Origin: Octopus sinensis | Lineage: Eukaryota | NCBI RefSeq assembly: GCF_006345805.1 | Contig: NW_021832032.1 | Location: 1 to 34,051, forward strand | DNA: 34,051 nucleotides | Reading direction: 5' to 3' | Shown: positions 1 through 11,048 of the stretch, one piece after another | Position numbering within the stretch: position 1 is the first letter of the stretch | How the letters are laid out: each line of letters opens with the position of its first letter | Position numbers and translations under genes: made by a program | The notes under the pieces: model-generated | What the model saw: the letters and a program-made list of their open reading frames with translations, nothing else | Told to the model about the DNA's origin: nothing | The model's database searches: none

Positions 1-524
1 TAAAGTTAGAGCGTGTTATTTGTATATGTCACGTCTCTCAGCAGTTGAAACACGTGTCGTATCTTCGTAGATGAGAAAGCGTTTCCACTTGAATTCATCC
101 AAACGTATAACAGTTACCACCTGGCAGGATGAAAGGATGGGAGGCAAAGTCAATCACCGTAATTTCTTTCGCCAAATCGCTGCCTTATCGAACCTTATTA
201 TCAATTTAAATGTATTATTATAACTCTTAATATTAAATTATGAAATATAACTTTTGCTCGGAACAAATATTCTCTTAATATATTATCCTCAAATATACAC
301 TCTTTATTAGTGATTTTCTTCCTATTTCGTTTTTTTTTTTACGTTCGCTGTTTGTTTCTTCTATAATTTTCCCTGCACTAAACTTAAAAAAGGTAAGCTT
401 CAGAACAAATCAAATTCAATATATTTAAAAATAATCCTTTCATGATAGTTTTGATATTGAAAAGGCTTTGACAAAAAAAAGTAAAAATGAAGAAAAGTTT
501 AAATGAAAAAAACTGTATTATTTT

Positions 525-525
525 A

Positions 526-593
<68 letters not shown>

Positions 594-1075
594 CTATATA
601 TAATTGTTAAATAAAATTTCATTTGTCTTTTATGATTTTTATTTTTTTCAGTTTCAAAAGATGTATTGTCCACAGTGTCTTTTTTCATTCATCTCTGCAC
701 ATGCAAAGTCCATGTGCGTGTATATGTATACACACGCCACATACACACAGCCAGACACCACATCCGCACATATATATGTACACATATATAAATATATCAT
801 ATATTATATAAATACACATATATAAATATGTGTATTTGCATACATATTTACATGTACAGACAAACACACAAACACACATATATATTTGTGTGCATGTGTG
901 TATGCAAATATATGTAAATATGTATGTGCCTATATATATACATATATAGATAGATGCACACGTATATAGATATATATAATTACATATATACATATATATA
1001 TATATATATATAAATATATATATATATACATACATGCATACATATATCCATATATATATATATATATTCAAACAC
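525..1075. repeat. (AT)n and mixed AT/AC/ACAT microsatellites downstream of the FGF stop
   Basis: Direct inspection: pure (AT)n about 525-602 and compound tracts about 770-1075. Confidence 0.9.
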
Positions 1076-1361
1076 AAACTCACCGCGCACATATAAGCAC
1101 ACATACTTGTATCCATTTATTTGCATAATTGCTTTGATTTGTATTTTTATATATTCGCACAAAGTACGTATGTTGTGAAACAAGAAATATTAATTTCTGT
1201 GCACAATCCGTCTGTTATTTTCGTCTATGTCTTCGTTAGACATTTATCGTATCCCAGTCCCTTCCCTTTATATATCCCCTTTGTCCCATGTTTTAGATTT
1301 TATTTTATTGACTCTGATTTTTTTTCTTAATTTTCTTTTTCTTCATATATAAACTTTTGTG

Positions 1362-1962
1362 TCATTTGACTTCAGTATCTTTTGTTAAAAGTTTTCTCTT
1401 TTTCTTTCGACAGCGTTTGTTTTTTAGACGTGCTTCTTTGCAGCGTCTTCGCCGTCTTCTCTTTCTTTTACAAGCTTTCCTTTGCAAGCGGTTTTTCATT
1501 TTGCAACGGTGCTTTTTCTTTCTGGGCGTTTTTCTGTAAGTGGTCGTAGTCGCGGGCGTTGTCAACATTTGTCCTGCCAACGCCGTTGACGTTGTGGCGG
1601 TTGTCGTTGATGCCATTTTCGGCGAACTCATGTCTATTGAAGCAGTGCTTAATCCCCCCGTGCCGGGGGGTTGTGCTGTCCGTACTGCATCAATAGCTGT
1701 TGTAGCAGAAGTATTAGAACCGGTTTTAGTTCGTTGTTCACTTTCAATTTTTTTTATCAACGCTTCATCTGCATCTAACGGCAGAAACATGACTCGTATT
1801 TGATGATTATTACTACGATTGCCTCGTCGAGGCCGTCCTTTTTTGTCAATACTTATATACCACGTTTTGTTCAATTTTTTCTTGTATTTATTACTGTAGA
1901 ATGTGGTGTAGTATTGCTGCAGTAACTTTTCGTAAAATGCACAATCATCAGAGAATTCTTTC
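1362..1962 (-). CDS. FGF: FGF-family growth factor, terminal coding exon (C-terminal part of the beta-trefoil core plus long C-terminal tail)
   Basis: The ORF 1362..1874 extends upstream in frame to KEFSDDCAFYEKLLQQYYTTFYSNKYKKKLNKTWYISIDKKGRPRRGNRSNNHQIRVMFLP. This matches the FGF pattern (E/D)CxFxE..YxxYxS..WY(V/I)x(L/I)xxxGxPxxG..(H)FLP. A polypyrimidine tract and TTTCAG acceptor end at 1963. Subfamily not assigned. Confidence 0.92.
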
Positions 1963-2580
1963 TGAAATCAAAAACAAAAGAAAAAAGAGAAATCATTTCA
2001 GTATAAGAGTGAAATAAGATGAATACGTTTATTAATTTATTAAATCACCTGAAACTAATTAGTGGTAGTCATTAATTTTTTTAATAGATTGAACATGCTG
2101 CATAGATTGTGGCAATAGAAATGTTAGTATTCTTACGGAAATAAGACAATTGCAACCGTACTATTTTTGCTACTAATGGTACTATCGCTACTGAATGTTG
2201 CTTTTGTTACTAATATTTGGATAATAGCTGGGAAGAATAGTAGAGAGAAGAACCGTTTCAAATATGTCACTCTGATTAATTAGTACAAAGGATGATTAGT
2301 CGACTGTTTGGTGTCATCAATATATGCTCTTGTACCAATTTAACAAATCATTCCATGAAAAGTAGTTGATAGTGTAAAAACTAACATCATTTAATGGGTC
2401 CACTCTAAATATGGGAGGGTGGCTGGTGGCAAAAACAAGGAAAAAGATATTGGCCTTTGCAAGGTATTCAGAGGTTGTGTTCCAGTGCCTCTAATCATCC
2501 TGTGACCGTTACACAATTTCGAGAAAAAGAAGTAGAATTTAGGGATAATTTCTAGAAAAAGAAGTAGTTTCTAGGAATAT

Positions 2581-2904
2581 CTGAAAAAGATGCGATTAAA
2601 CACAAGCCACAACACGTTGTCCAGAATGCTGAGGTTATAATCGTTTCGAATTTCTGTGTATAAACTCATCGGGAAATACAGGAAAATAGACCTGATCTCA
2701 TTCTGAAAAATCAAATTGAAGAGACTTCTTATCTTCTGATTGATACTGCAACACCATCCGACAAAAACACGTCTCTGAAACGTTTTGGAAAACTAAGGAA
2801 ATATAAGACCTGAAGATTAATATCGGAAGAATGTGGCATGTCGAAACAACAAAATTACCTATAACTATCGGAGCATTTGGAATGATATCGCAAGCAGAAA
2901 AAAG
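2581..2904 (+). mobile_element. Decayed R4/Dong-like LINE fragment, restriction-like endonuclease (RLE) region
   Basis: With stops and frameshifts: NRPDLILKN..YLLIDTATPSDKNTSLKRFGKLRKYK / DLKINIGRMWHVETTKLPITIGAFGMI. This is the PD..D..K RLE motif, homologous to 12232..12531. Confidence 0.8.
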
Positions 2905-2906
2905 TA

Positions 2907-3428
2907 ACGTAAATCCTCGAGTATAGTCTGCCCTTGAGTATAATACGCAGGGGATTTTAGGAAGCTGTACCTTTGAAAAACCTAAACCTTGTGTATAATA
3001 CGCACCACTTCCCTAACTTGAGTTGTGCGTAATTAAGCCAGCAGCACTTAGTCGAACAAAAACTTCCGCGCATGTGTAATAAAATAATGGTGATGTTCTT
3101 AACTGTTATATGGGAATGTAAATATGTTTGTAAATAGTTTTTTGTTACATGTTATTCTGTATTCTGAATACTTTTATTTTAATAAATGTTGCTTACTGCA
3201 AGTTATGGATGATTCTTTTATAATTTCATTGCTTTCAGGCTTAGCTTAAGGTATTTTTGCGCCCGATATCACAAAATGCGTCTGAATAGACATTGACGGA
3301 CAGCAAATAGAGACTCGGACATTGCTTAGAAAATAATTTTCACTTTTAACCTCGTATATAGTACGCACTAGGGATTTTGACCATTAAATTTTGGGAAAAA
3401 AATGTGGGTTATACTCCAGGATTTACGG
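2907..3428. mobile_element. Non-autonomous pogo/Tc1-mariner-type DNA transposon (522 bp)
   Basis: TA flanks at 2905-06 and 3429-30. TIRs ACGTAAATCCTCGAGTATAG ... TTATACTCCAGGATTTACGG. Subterminal GTATA(A)TACGCA repeats. It truncates the adjacent LINE fragment. Confidence 0.75.
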
Positions 3429-3662
3429 TATGTAAACCAAATCTATGGCGCCCCCCAAATAAGCGAATTACATATCTTACATATTCTACGTAAATTTCTC
3501 TCCATTGTAAATGTCGCCTTACTCAATTTTTTCTCCCTCAGATCAGTGTTTTTAATTACACGGCAACAGGCCTCTTAGTTTTTTCAGGTGCAAAACCTTG
3601 ACGCCTCTGGTTGAGATTTGGGTACAACTCGTATAAATTAAAGCATAACCAAACTATAACGA

Positions 3663-3698
<36 letters not shown>

Positions 3699-3704
3699 AG
3701 AAGC

Positions 3705-4115
3705 ATTGACATGAACTAAATCAGATGCTATACCTGGATCTGCAGCACTCCACACTGCCCCCAAAATAGCCCTACTAGAAATAGCTCACATCGATCCAAT
3801 AATAGAATCTAAACAAAACAACCCACTAACATAAGATACGCTCTATACAGCAATTATCCAGTGAAATAAACTTCCTTCAGCGGTCTTCGCAACCAATGCA
3901 TTACACACTCAACAACACAATACAAGCAGTAATACAACAAAAGACTGCACCACATCTCAAAAGAAAAATTCTAACATAACAGAGTACCGGGAAAAGTTTG
4001 CACACACCCACCAACCGAAAAGAACACACAATGCTGCACACACCCCAGCAACACGGAGGTGTAGTAGGTAATGCGATAGAAAATTGCATCAAGCTACCAA
4101 ATATTGAACAATTAT
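3705..4115 (+). mobile_element. Highly decayed non-LTR RT C-terminal fragment (probably R4/Dong-like)
   Basis: Partial translation HLKRKILT..HTPTNRKEHTMLHTPQQHGG loosely resembles KTRKILT..HP..D.DRLY.PR..GGRGL. Many stops. Confidence 0.4.
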
Positions 4116-4116
4116 A

Positions 4117-4136
4117 TAATAATAATAATAATAATG

Positions 4137-4176
<40 letters not shown>

Positions 4177-4189
4177 TACTAATAATAAT

Positions 4190-4242
<53 letters not shown>

Positions 4243-4340
4243 TAATAATAATAATAATAATAATGATGATAATGATAATAATAAAATAATAATAATATAA
4301 TAATAATGATAATAATAATAATGATAATAATAATAATAAC

Positions 4341-4375
<35 letters not shown>

Positions 4376-4482
4376 TAATAATAATAATAATAATAATGAT
4401 AATAATAATAATAATAATAATAAAACAACAATAACAATAACAACAACAACAACAGCAACAACAACAACAACACAACAACAAC

Positions 4483-4529
<47 letters not shown>

Positions 4530-4533
4530 TAAT
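4117..4533. repeat. (AAT)n with GAT/AAC variants
   Basis: Direct inspection; source of several spurious ORFs. Confidence 0.95.
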
Positions 4534-4539
4534 AGACGT

Positions 4540-5300
4540 AAATTTTATGTTGGACTTAAAGCCATAGTTTCTAGCATAACAGTCACAGAAATGCAAGAAG
4601 TCCATTAAACTATCCTGTGATCATTCCCAGACAAAAAATACATCGCCAATGAACCGTAACCAGAGTATTGGTTCATGACCATGAAGGAATTTGAATGTCT
4701 TCAGTAACTGTGTCTCGAATTTCGTCATGAAGACATTAACGAAATAAACTGCCATGGGGGTACCCATGGCGCAACCCTTCGTCTGGTGGTAAAATCTTTG
4801 AATAAACTTCATTGTGTTACTCTCTAACACAAACCTCAATAATCTATAGAGAAATTTTGATGGAATACTTTTGTTTGACCGCTTTTCGAAGGCATCCATG
4901 CATGCTTCTACCCCACTTCATTGTGGTCAATATTGGGATGTAAAGAAGAAACATCCATGGTTACTAAAAACACTTCTCAATATGGCCTCGGTGCTTGAAA
5001 AAGATTGATTTTAGATACAAAATCAAAGGTATCCCGAATATAGGAACTTGATCGTCTTCTTTTTTCTGTTTTTTCTTTCTTTTCGCCTGTTAAAGACTTA
5101 AAAACTGATGATGTCATTCCATCAAAGTGTGGACGCTAGTTGCTCTCGTTCATACTTTACGTTTAAATTTCTGAATTTTTATCACTTCTCATTTTGAACT
5201 TGACAAAGACAGACATACTGTTGAAACGTCGTTCAATAAATAAAATATCTATTACAATCGAATCGCGCTCTTCGTCTTGACTGTTTACCTTTGTGAAGAG
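4540..5300 (-). mobile_element. Penelope-like element: RT fragment plus inverted pseudo-LTR end
   Basis: ORF 4621..4899 FYHQTKGCAMGTPMAVYFVNVFMTKFE..PILWLRFIGDVFFVW matches the PLE RT motifs G.AMG.P.A and RY.DD (mutated). The plus strand at about 5100-5240 has CTGATGA, GAAACGTCG and AATAAA, typical of PLE pLTR ends. Confidence 0.8.
5194..5236 (+). ncRNA. Candidate minimal type I hammerhead ribozyme in the Penelope pLTR
   Basis: Stem I TTGAAC/GTTCAA; core TTGACAA plus one extra A; stem II GACAG-ACATA-CTGTT; GAAAC-GTC with palindromic ACGT in place of stem III. Activity unverified. Confidence 0.5.
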
Positions 5301-5324
5301 TTACGTCAATCCTTCTTTTAAAAT

Positions 5325-5336
5325 ATTATTATTATT

Positions 5337-5397
<61 letters not shown>

Positions 5398-5412
5398 CAT
5401 CATCATCATCAT
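5325..5412. repeat. (ATT)n/(ATC)n
   Basis: Direct inspection. Confidence 0.95.
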
Positions 5413-7150
5413 TTCTTTTCTGTAAATTTGAAACAGCTCAGGTTTTGCCTTATTCATTGTGAGTAGCGGGTTACTAACTGTTATTTTAGGTATCCATATG
5501 TTTTCGGCAGCCTTTCAAATGCTTAGAACCCTCCTGGAAATCCTTGCTGTCCCTAAGAGACAAACTTTTTGTAGGAGACCTACCGGGTTTTCTATTTCAA
5601 TCCCCATTAGCCATTTGTCTACATCTTGTCTTACTGTCCCCGACGCACCAATTATTACAGGCACGACTTTTACAGTTCGCATGCTCTGCCTTTCCGAGTT
5701 TTTGTTTTCCTCTGATCAATTCGGTATTCCAGTGTTTTATTAAGCATTTTCTCCATGTTTTTTTTTTTTTGCTATTCCAAACATGCTCATTGTTGTACTT
5801 ATCCAAATATGTCGTACCATGTCATATGTCTTTTTGTAATCAAGACTTGCTACATTCAGTCCTGTCAATGTGCCGCTACAATTTCTAGTTATCAATTTAT
5901 CAACAATTAAGTGGTCGTATGTTGCCCTACTTTGTTTCCTGAATCCCTTCTGTTCCTCTGGAAGTAGATTGTTACTTTCCAGATGGTTGTATAACTCTTT
6001 CGCCAAGACACCGGTCATAAGCTTACACATTAGTGATAAACAGGTTATAGGTGGAAAATGTTATGCGAAGTTCCGTTTCAAGGGATCCTTGTGGCGTAGC
6101 AGTGTTCTTCCACTTGTCCTCCAGGCAACGACATGACCTTGCTGTAGGCAGTTATCCAGTAACGCAGCGATCCTTTCATGCATCTGTGTAAAGTTCATCA
6201 GCCAACAGCCTTGTAATCCATCCGGGACTGGTCCTTTCCAAGTTACTATCTTTTTTAAATTCTGTCTCACCATATATAGATTAATTCTGACATTCATTTG
6301 TCTTGGTACTGTTGCAAGTTGTCTTTCCAACTTTGTTTGTCACTTTGCGCTTTCTTTATATCTCGCCGGACTGTTCCACAGCTTTCTTCAAAACTATTTA
6401 CTTTCTTCCGCATCTGGAATCAGTTCCTAGTGTTGGCCTCTCTCTATTTCCTCGAGCAGACGCCTTCTATATGCTATATGATTGGAATAGTCTATTCTGT
6501 TCGAGACCTTTGCATCTAGCTGACAGTATTAAAGGCCAAATTGAAAAGATATGATTCAATTTGGCCTTTAATACTGTCACCTTTTATGTCAATTCTTCAT
6601 GTACCGTTTGATTTCCTTTCTTTTAACTTGAACTGTCCATTCAATTTTCTCATTACCACCCTATTCTTGAGCTCTCCTCTCATTATCCTATTCAACTGCC
6701 CCAGTTCATTCCGTCTCTTTTCCAGCTTCATTCGTATTCTCTTCCTCCAGTTTGGTTCTTTCTTTTCATTTGCTTTTCTATCTTACGGATTGCTCTAGCT
6801 TGGTCTATCAGTCGCTGGACAGACGCTTCAAAACCTCCTTTTTCATCATATGTTCTCTTCATTCAAATCATGAAGCCTCTTTTATTTGGCTCTCTTCTCA
6901 GCCAGCATTCTGTTACTGTTTTGTTTACTTCTTTTCTCACTTCATTATTTTTCCTCTTCTCTTGCACTTTTGACTGCGATTTTGGTCCTGATCAACAGCT
7001 TGATGACAACCTGCAGGAGCTTGCTCAGATACTTCCTGCCTGCTGTGCTCGACATCTTCACTGTTAATATTTCCAATCCCGATACCGCAGTTGTGGTTAT
7101 TATTCATTTTAACTACATCTGCGCTATACGGACTCCTGGAGTATTCCATG
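5413..7150 (-). mobile_element. R4/Dong-like LINE, pre-RT and N-terminal RT region, disrupted
   Basis: ORF 6061..6330 WKGPVPDGLQGCWL..HERIA..GRTLL and ORF 5740..6030 KLMTGVLAKELYNHLE..PEEQKG..LDYKKTYDMV match RT domains 0-3 of RLE LINEs. Frameshifted. Confidence 0.85.
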
Positions 7151-7320
7151 CATAACAGGATTGCTGCCTTCAGCCAACGGTACCATACTATCTCTTCTTT
7201 TCAACTATCTAGTACTATCCTGATTACTCTGGCAATGTCAAAGAAGCAAACCTTTTGTAACATCTCTTCTGGGCATTCTATACCGATTTCCTTTATATCC
7301 ATCTCGATGCCTTCTGGTAC
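7150..7320 (-). mobile_element. C-terminal end of an RLE LINE ORF, probably from a separate copy
   Basis: TVPEGIEMDIKEIGIECPEEMLQKVCFFDIARVIRIVLD resembles the RLE-LINE terminus (G.LG.VP..LQK..LLGTA.I.R.VL). Confidence 0.6.
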
Positions 7321-7590
7321 AGTTAGAATTTTCTTCTGATCGAGTAACCCATCCCACTCAAAAGGTCCTTGAATAAGGGTTGTTTAAAGATAGTAAACGA
7401 AACACCCATGTTTCTAGAGGTGAATTATTCAAACCCAAAAGAATTCTTCTCAGCACATAGCTATGATGCTCCCCAACTACTTCTGCTCGTGATCAGAGAT
7501 GCACATATTGTCAGCCACTAAGGGACATGCACAACTGGTTATGGTCAAGTAACTGTCAAGCAAATTTGTAGTACTGAGCAGAATATTTGC
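7321..7590 (-). repeat. Dispersed repeat, inverted copy of 12894-13163
   Basis: The reverse complement aligns to 12894-13163 over about 270 nt; identity about 85% by eye. Confidence 0.85.
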
Positions 7591-7706
7591 CGTTCTGAGT
7601 TCAAATTCCGCTGAGGTCGACTTTGCCTTTCATCTTTTCGGGGTCGATAAAATAATTACCAGTAAAAAACTGGGGTCGATGTAATCGACTCATCCTCTCC
7701 CCCAAA
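7591..7706 (+). mobile_element. SINE fragment (GTTCTGAGTTCAAATTCCGC..GGTCGACTTTGCCTTTCATC family)
   Basis: Shares its core with 15932-16110 and 16599-16822. Confidence 0.8.
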
Positions 7707-8724
7707 ACGTCGTCGTCGTTGATGTTGCTAAAGAATTCACACATGATCTAATATTGCGATGTTGTTGATTGAGGATACTGTGTGTAGTTGGGATTTGTAC
7801 TGCTTGTCAAGTCAGAACAAGGACCTCAGACAGAGTACTTTACGCATTATGTGTGTAGTTCTAAAGTGAAACCGATTTTTGCGTCGTCTCTTTCTTGTTC
7901 CGAAGACCAGGCACCCATTTTCATATGATCTGTTCCATATATGATGATAACGACCTCACATCACACATTAGCCAATTATTTCTTTAATTACTTCTTTGAC
8001 GATGATTAGAAAGCCCATTCTATTTTCGAGAGACAGAGTTAAGCCACTTTTCTAAAAATCTCAGAACGCAGGTTACACTATACTATAAACCATTGCAATA
8101 ATCCCAGCTTCTGTCAAATTGTATTGTGTTAATAATGACTACTTAGCACACTTTGTTAAATGTCACGAAGTAAAGTAGTCCTTATATTTATTATGCCTAA
8201 AACACTACTAATGAAGATCATGAAATTCTAAATCGTAATACTTAACGAGAAAATTTTATTAACATACAGTATAGTGCACACAGAAATAGATGTTGATATA
8301 TTATAGTCATAAGTTTGATGAAATTCGAAATATGCATGTAGGTGTAATTTCTCTCAGTATTTAAAGCAGCTATTGACCTTGGATTCACATTCGTAAAGCG
8401 CTTTTATTTGTATGCATTCGGACGTGGTTTTCGGTCGGAGGAAATCTTTCTCTTCATTCACGGCGGCACTAGGACGCTATGCATCCTGCTCTGATTAAGC
8501 AATAACAAGAATTTTTTGTTGTGTACCAGATTAGGTGACAAGACCGAAAATTTTGTCTTCGATAAAAGATTGACACAATTATTTCCTCATTTTTTCTCGA
8601 GGCCTAGGGAATTAAAACCGAATTCAGTATTAAAAGCAAATAATCCACTCTTTAATTAAACAATATACTTTCTACTTGTAACAATCAGTAAACTTTATGG
8701 AACAATGATGAATTATAAGTTCAT

Positions 8725-8881
8725 GTGCATATGCATATATATAAATGCATATATATATATATATATATAATATATATATATGTGTGTGTGTGTGTGTGTA
8801 CACAAACACAGCCACACACAATCGCACGCACGCACACACAAACACACACAGACACAGACACACACACGCACACACACACAC

Positions 8882-8936
<55 letters not shown>

Positions 8937-8937
8937 G
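8725..8937. repeat. Compound (AT)/(GT)/(CA) microsatellite just downstream of the exon 2 donor
   Basis: Direct inspection. Confidence 0.9.
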
Positions 8938-9027
8938 ACAGCAGAGGTACCACCGTATCGTTAATTACTTGATATCAATTTCAGAAAGGATTAAGAAGGA
9001 TTAAGGGAACATAACAATTGTACTTAC

Positions 9028-9131
9028 ACTTGAATATAACTGTGAAAGATAATTCATGCACAAGAAATAACCAGTCATTCTGGCTTGGATAGCCACAACA
9101 GATGCTGCTACTGTGTATAATTGTAGAACGG
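9028..9131 (-). CDS. FGF: FGF internal exon (104 nt, phase 1 to phase 0)
   Basis: Translates (A)VLQLYTVAASVVAIQARMTGYFLCMNYLSQLYSS, matching the FGF motif VxIxxxxxGx(Y/F)LCMN..LYxS. Acceptor TTCTATTTTGTAG ends at 9132; donor GTAAGT is at 9027-9022. The 104-nt length and 1/0 phases match the conserved middle exon of many FGF genes. Confidence 0.92.
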
Positions 9132-9250
9132 CTACAAAATAGAAAGGAGAATTGGAATGAAAGACATTGAAGAATGCATTTATAGTCATAGATAAATACG
9201 TAAATGGTCGTAGTTTCATAAAGGTGATATTTATGCCTATGTGTGTGAGT

Positions 9251-9294
<44 letters not shown>

Positions 9295-9484
9295 GTGCGT
9301 GCGGGTTTGTTTGAGTGTATACAGTTGTCAATTGCGGGACACGAATGTCGCTACACAATCCTAATGATTGAGTAACGCATCAGAGTACGAGTTTATTTCA
9401 ACGTTGTAAAATGTAAAATTGAAAGACTGTAAAAATTGCAACTAATAAAACGGGAAAATCAGACTAAGTTGGAATTACATTAAT

Positions 9485-9592
9485 TAATATATATTTATAT
9501 ATATAAACATAGAGAGAGAGAGAAAGAGAGACAGACAGACAGATATATATATATACATGTATATATGTATGTATATATAGATATATATATAT

Positions 9593-9625
<33 letters not shown>

Positions 9626-9797
9626 TATATATATTATTATATATATATATATATTATATATATATATATGTATGTATATATAGATATATATATACATGCG
9701 TATACATATATATATATATGTATATACATATATATATGCATATATAACTATATATATATCCATATATACATGTATGTATACATGTATATACATATAT

Positions 9798-9837
<40 letters not shown>

Positions 9838-9912
9838 GTAAGTGTGTATATATGTAAGTATATATATATATCGGTGTATGTACATAAAAACATGTATATA
9901 TGTATATGCATG
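9485..9912. repeat. Compound (AT)/(ACAT)/(GA) microsatellite
   Basis: Direct inspection. Confidence 0.9.
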
Positions 9913-10134
9913 CGTTCATAGATAGTTACAGACATGGTCATATTACATAAAGTTGATATGTTCTTCTTTAGCATTTAAGTTTTTTTTGCAGACTTTAGGC
10001 CGTTACCTATCAAAATTACTAGGTTCTTTCGCTAACGTCTGAAGAAAGCGCATCAGTCAGGTCAGTTTTACTCTGGTGACCCCCAGCTTTTTATATTCAT
10101 CAATTATTAGATAGCTTAAGGAACAAACACACAT

Positions 10135-10166
<32 letters not shown>

Positions 10167-10786
10167 GTGTATATGTATGTATGAGCACGCGCGCGTTTGT
10201 GTATGTGTGTATATGTGTGTGAGTGTGCGCGTGTGTATGTACTCAAATGCACATAAATGGACACGTAATATAAGGACCCCTCATGTCCAAATATAACTGC
10301 ATACACCTGCATAATGTATAACGAACACACATACATATGTAGAGTTAAAGTAAAATTGCTTCGAATGACGTTAAGTAATAGGTATATACACGTCTATTTA
10401 CCCTCATGCATTCATGACCCCATCTTCCCTTTATATTGTCCTTTATAACTAAGACAAGCCTTCCACTAATTATCTACCTCAGTTTCTCTCCGAGCTATTC
10501 ACCACTAAAATCCTTTACTAAGGATCTACTTTATTTTTTTCTCTCTGAAGAAGGAAAAGTCTACTACTCAATAGACTGCTTATTTTCGTTCGCTGAGAAA
10601 TACACAACTATTCTGGAAACAGCTGTGAGATTGTTACTACACACCTTCTAACTCCTTTATTTCTTACGATACATTCTATTCTAACGACTCTTTTGTAACA
10701 ACTCAGAAATTATTCTTAAATATATTAATTCCATGCTTTAAACTGACACCAGTTCTTTACTTGTTCATTCTTCCATTCTACTCAAC

Positions 10787-10835
10787 ATACATACATACAT
10801 ACATATAAACGTATATGTATATGTAAATATATATA

Positions 10836-10871
<36 letters not shown>

Positions 10872-11016
10872 TATATACATACATACATATAAACGTATAT
10901 GTATATGTAAATATATATATACATACATACATATATATATATATATTATATATATATATATACATACATACATATAAACGTATATGTATATGTAAATATA
11001 TATATACATACATACA

Positions 11017-11048
<32 letters not shown>

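Larger units (their letters stand above)
1963..9027 (-). other. FGF intron between the two identified exons (7065 nt, GT-AG)
   Basis: GTAAGT donor at 9027 and TTTCAG acceptor at 1963; filled with TE fragments. The junction has a frame problem (see findings). Confidence 0.75.

Noticed and set aside
1299-1309. AATAAA twice on the minus strand about 55 nt after the FGF stop
   Set aside because: The hexamer is very common in this AT-rich DNA and cannot be called a poly(A) signal without 3'-end data.
604-1330. Several Y/I/C/V/H-rich ORFs; the same applies to those at 8.7-9.9, 10.1, 10.8-11.4, 14.2-15.0, 18.5, 23.4-24.4, 27.8-29.6 and 32.7-34.0 kb
   Set aside because: Dinucleotide and tetranucleotide repeat translations.
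1357-1803. Plus-strand ORFs 1357..1539 and 1540..1803
   Set aside because: Antisense shadows of the FGF terminal exon.
3901-4605. 234-aa hydrophobic ORF and overlapping poly-Asn/Ile/Tyr ORFs
   Set aside because: Products of the (AAT)n tract.
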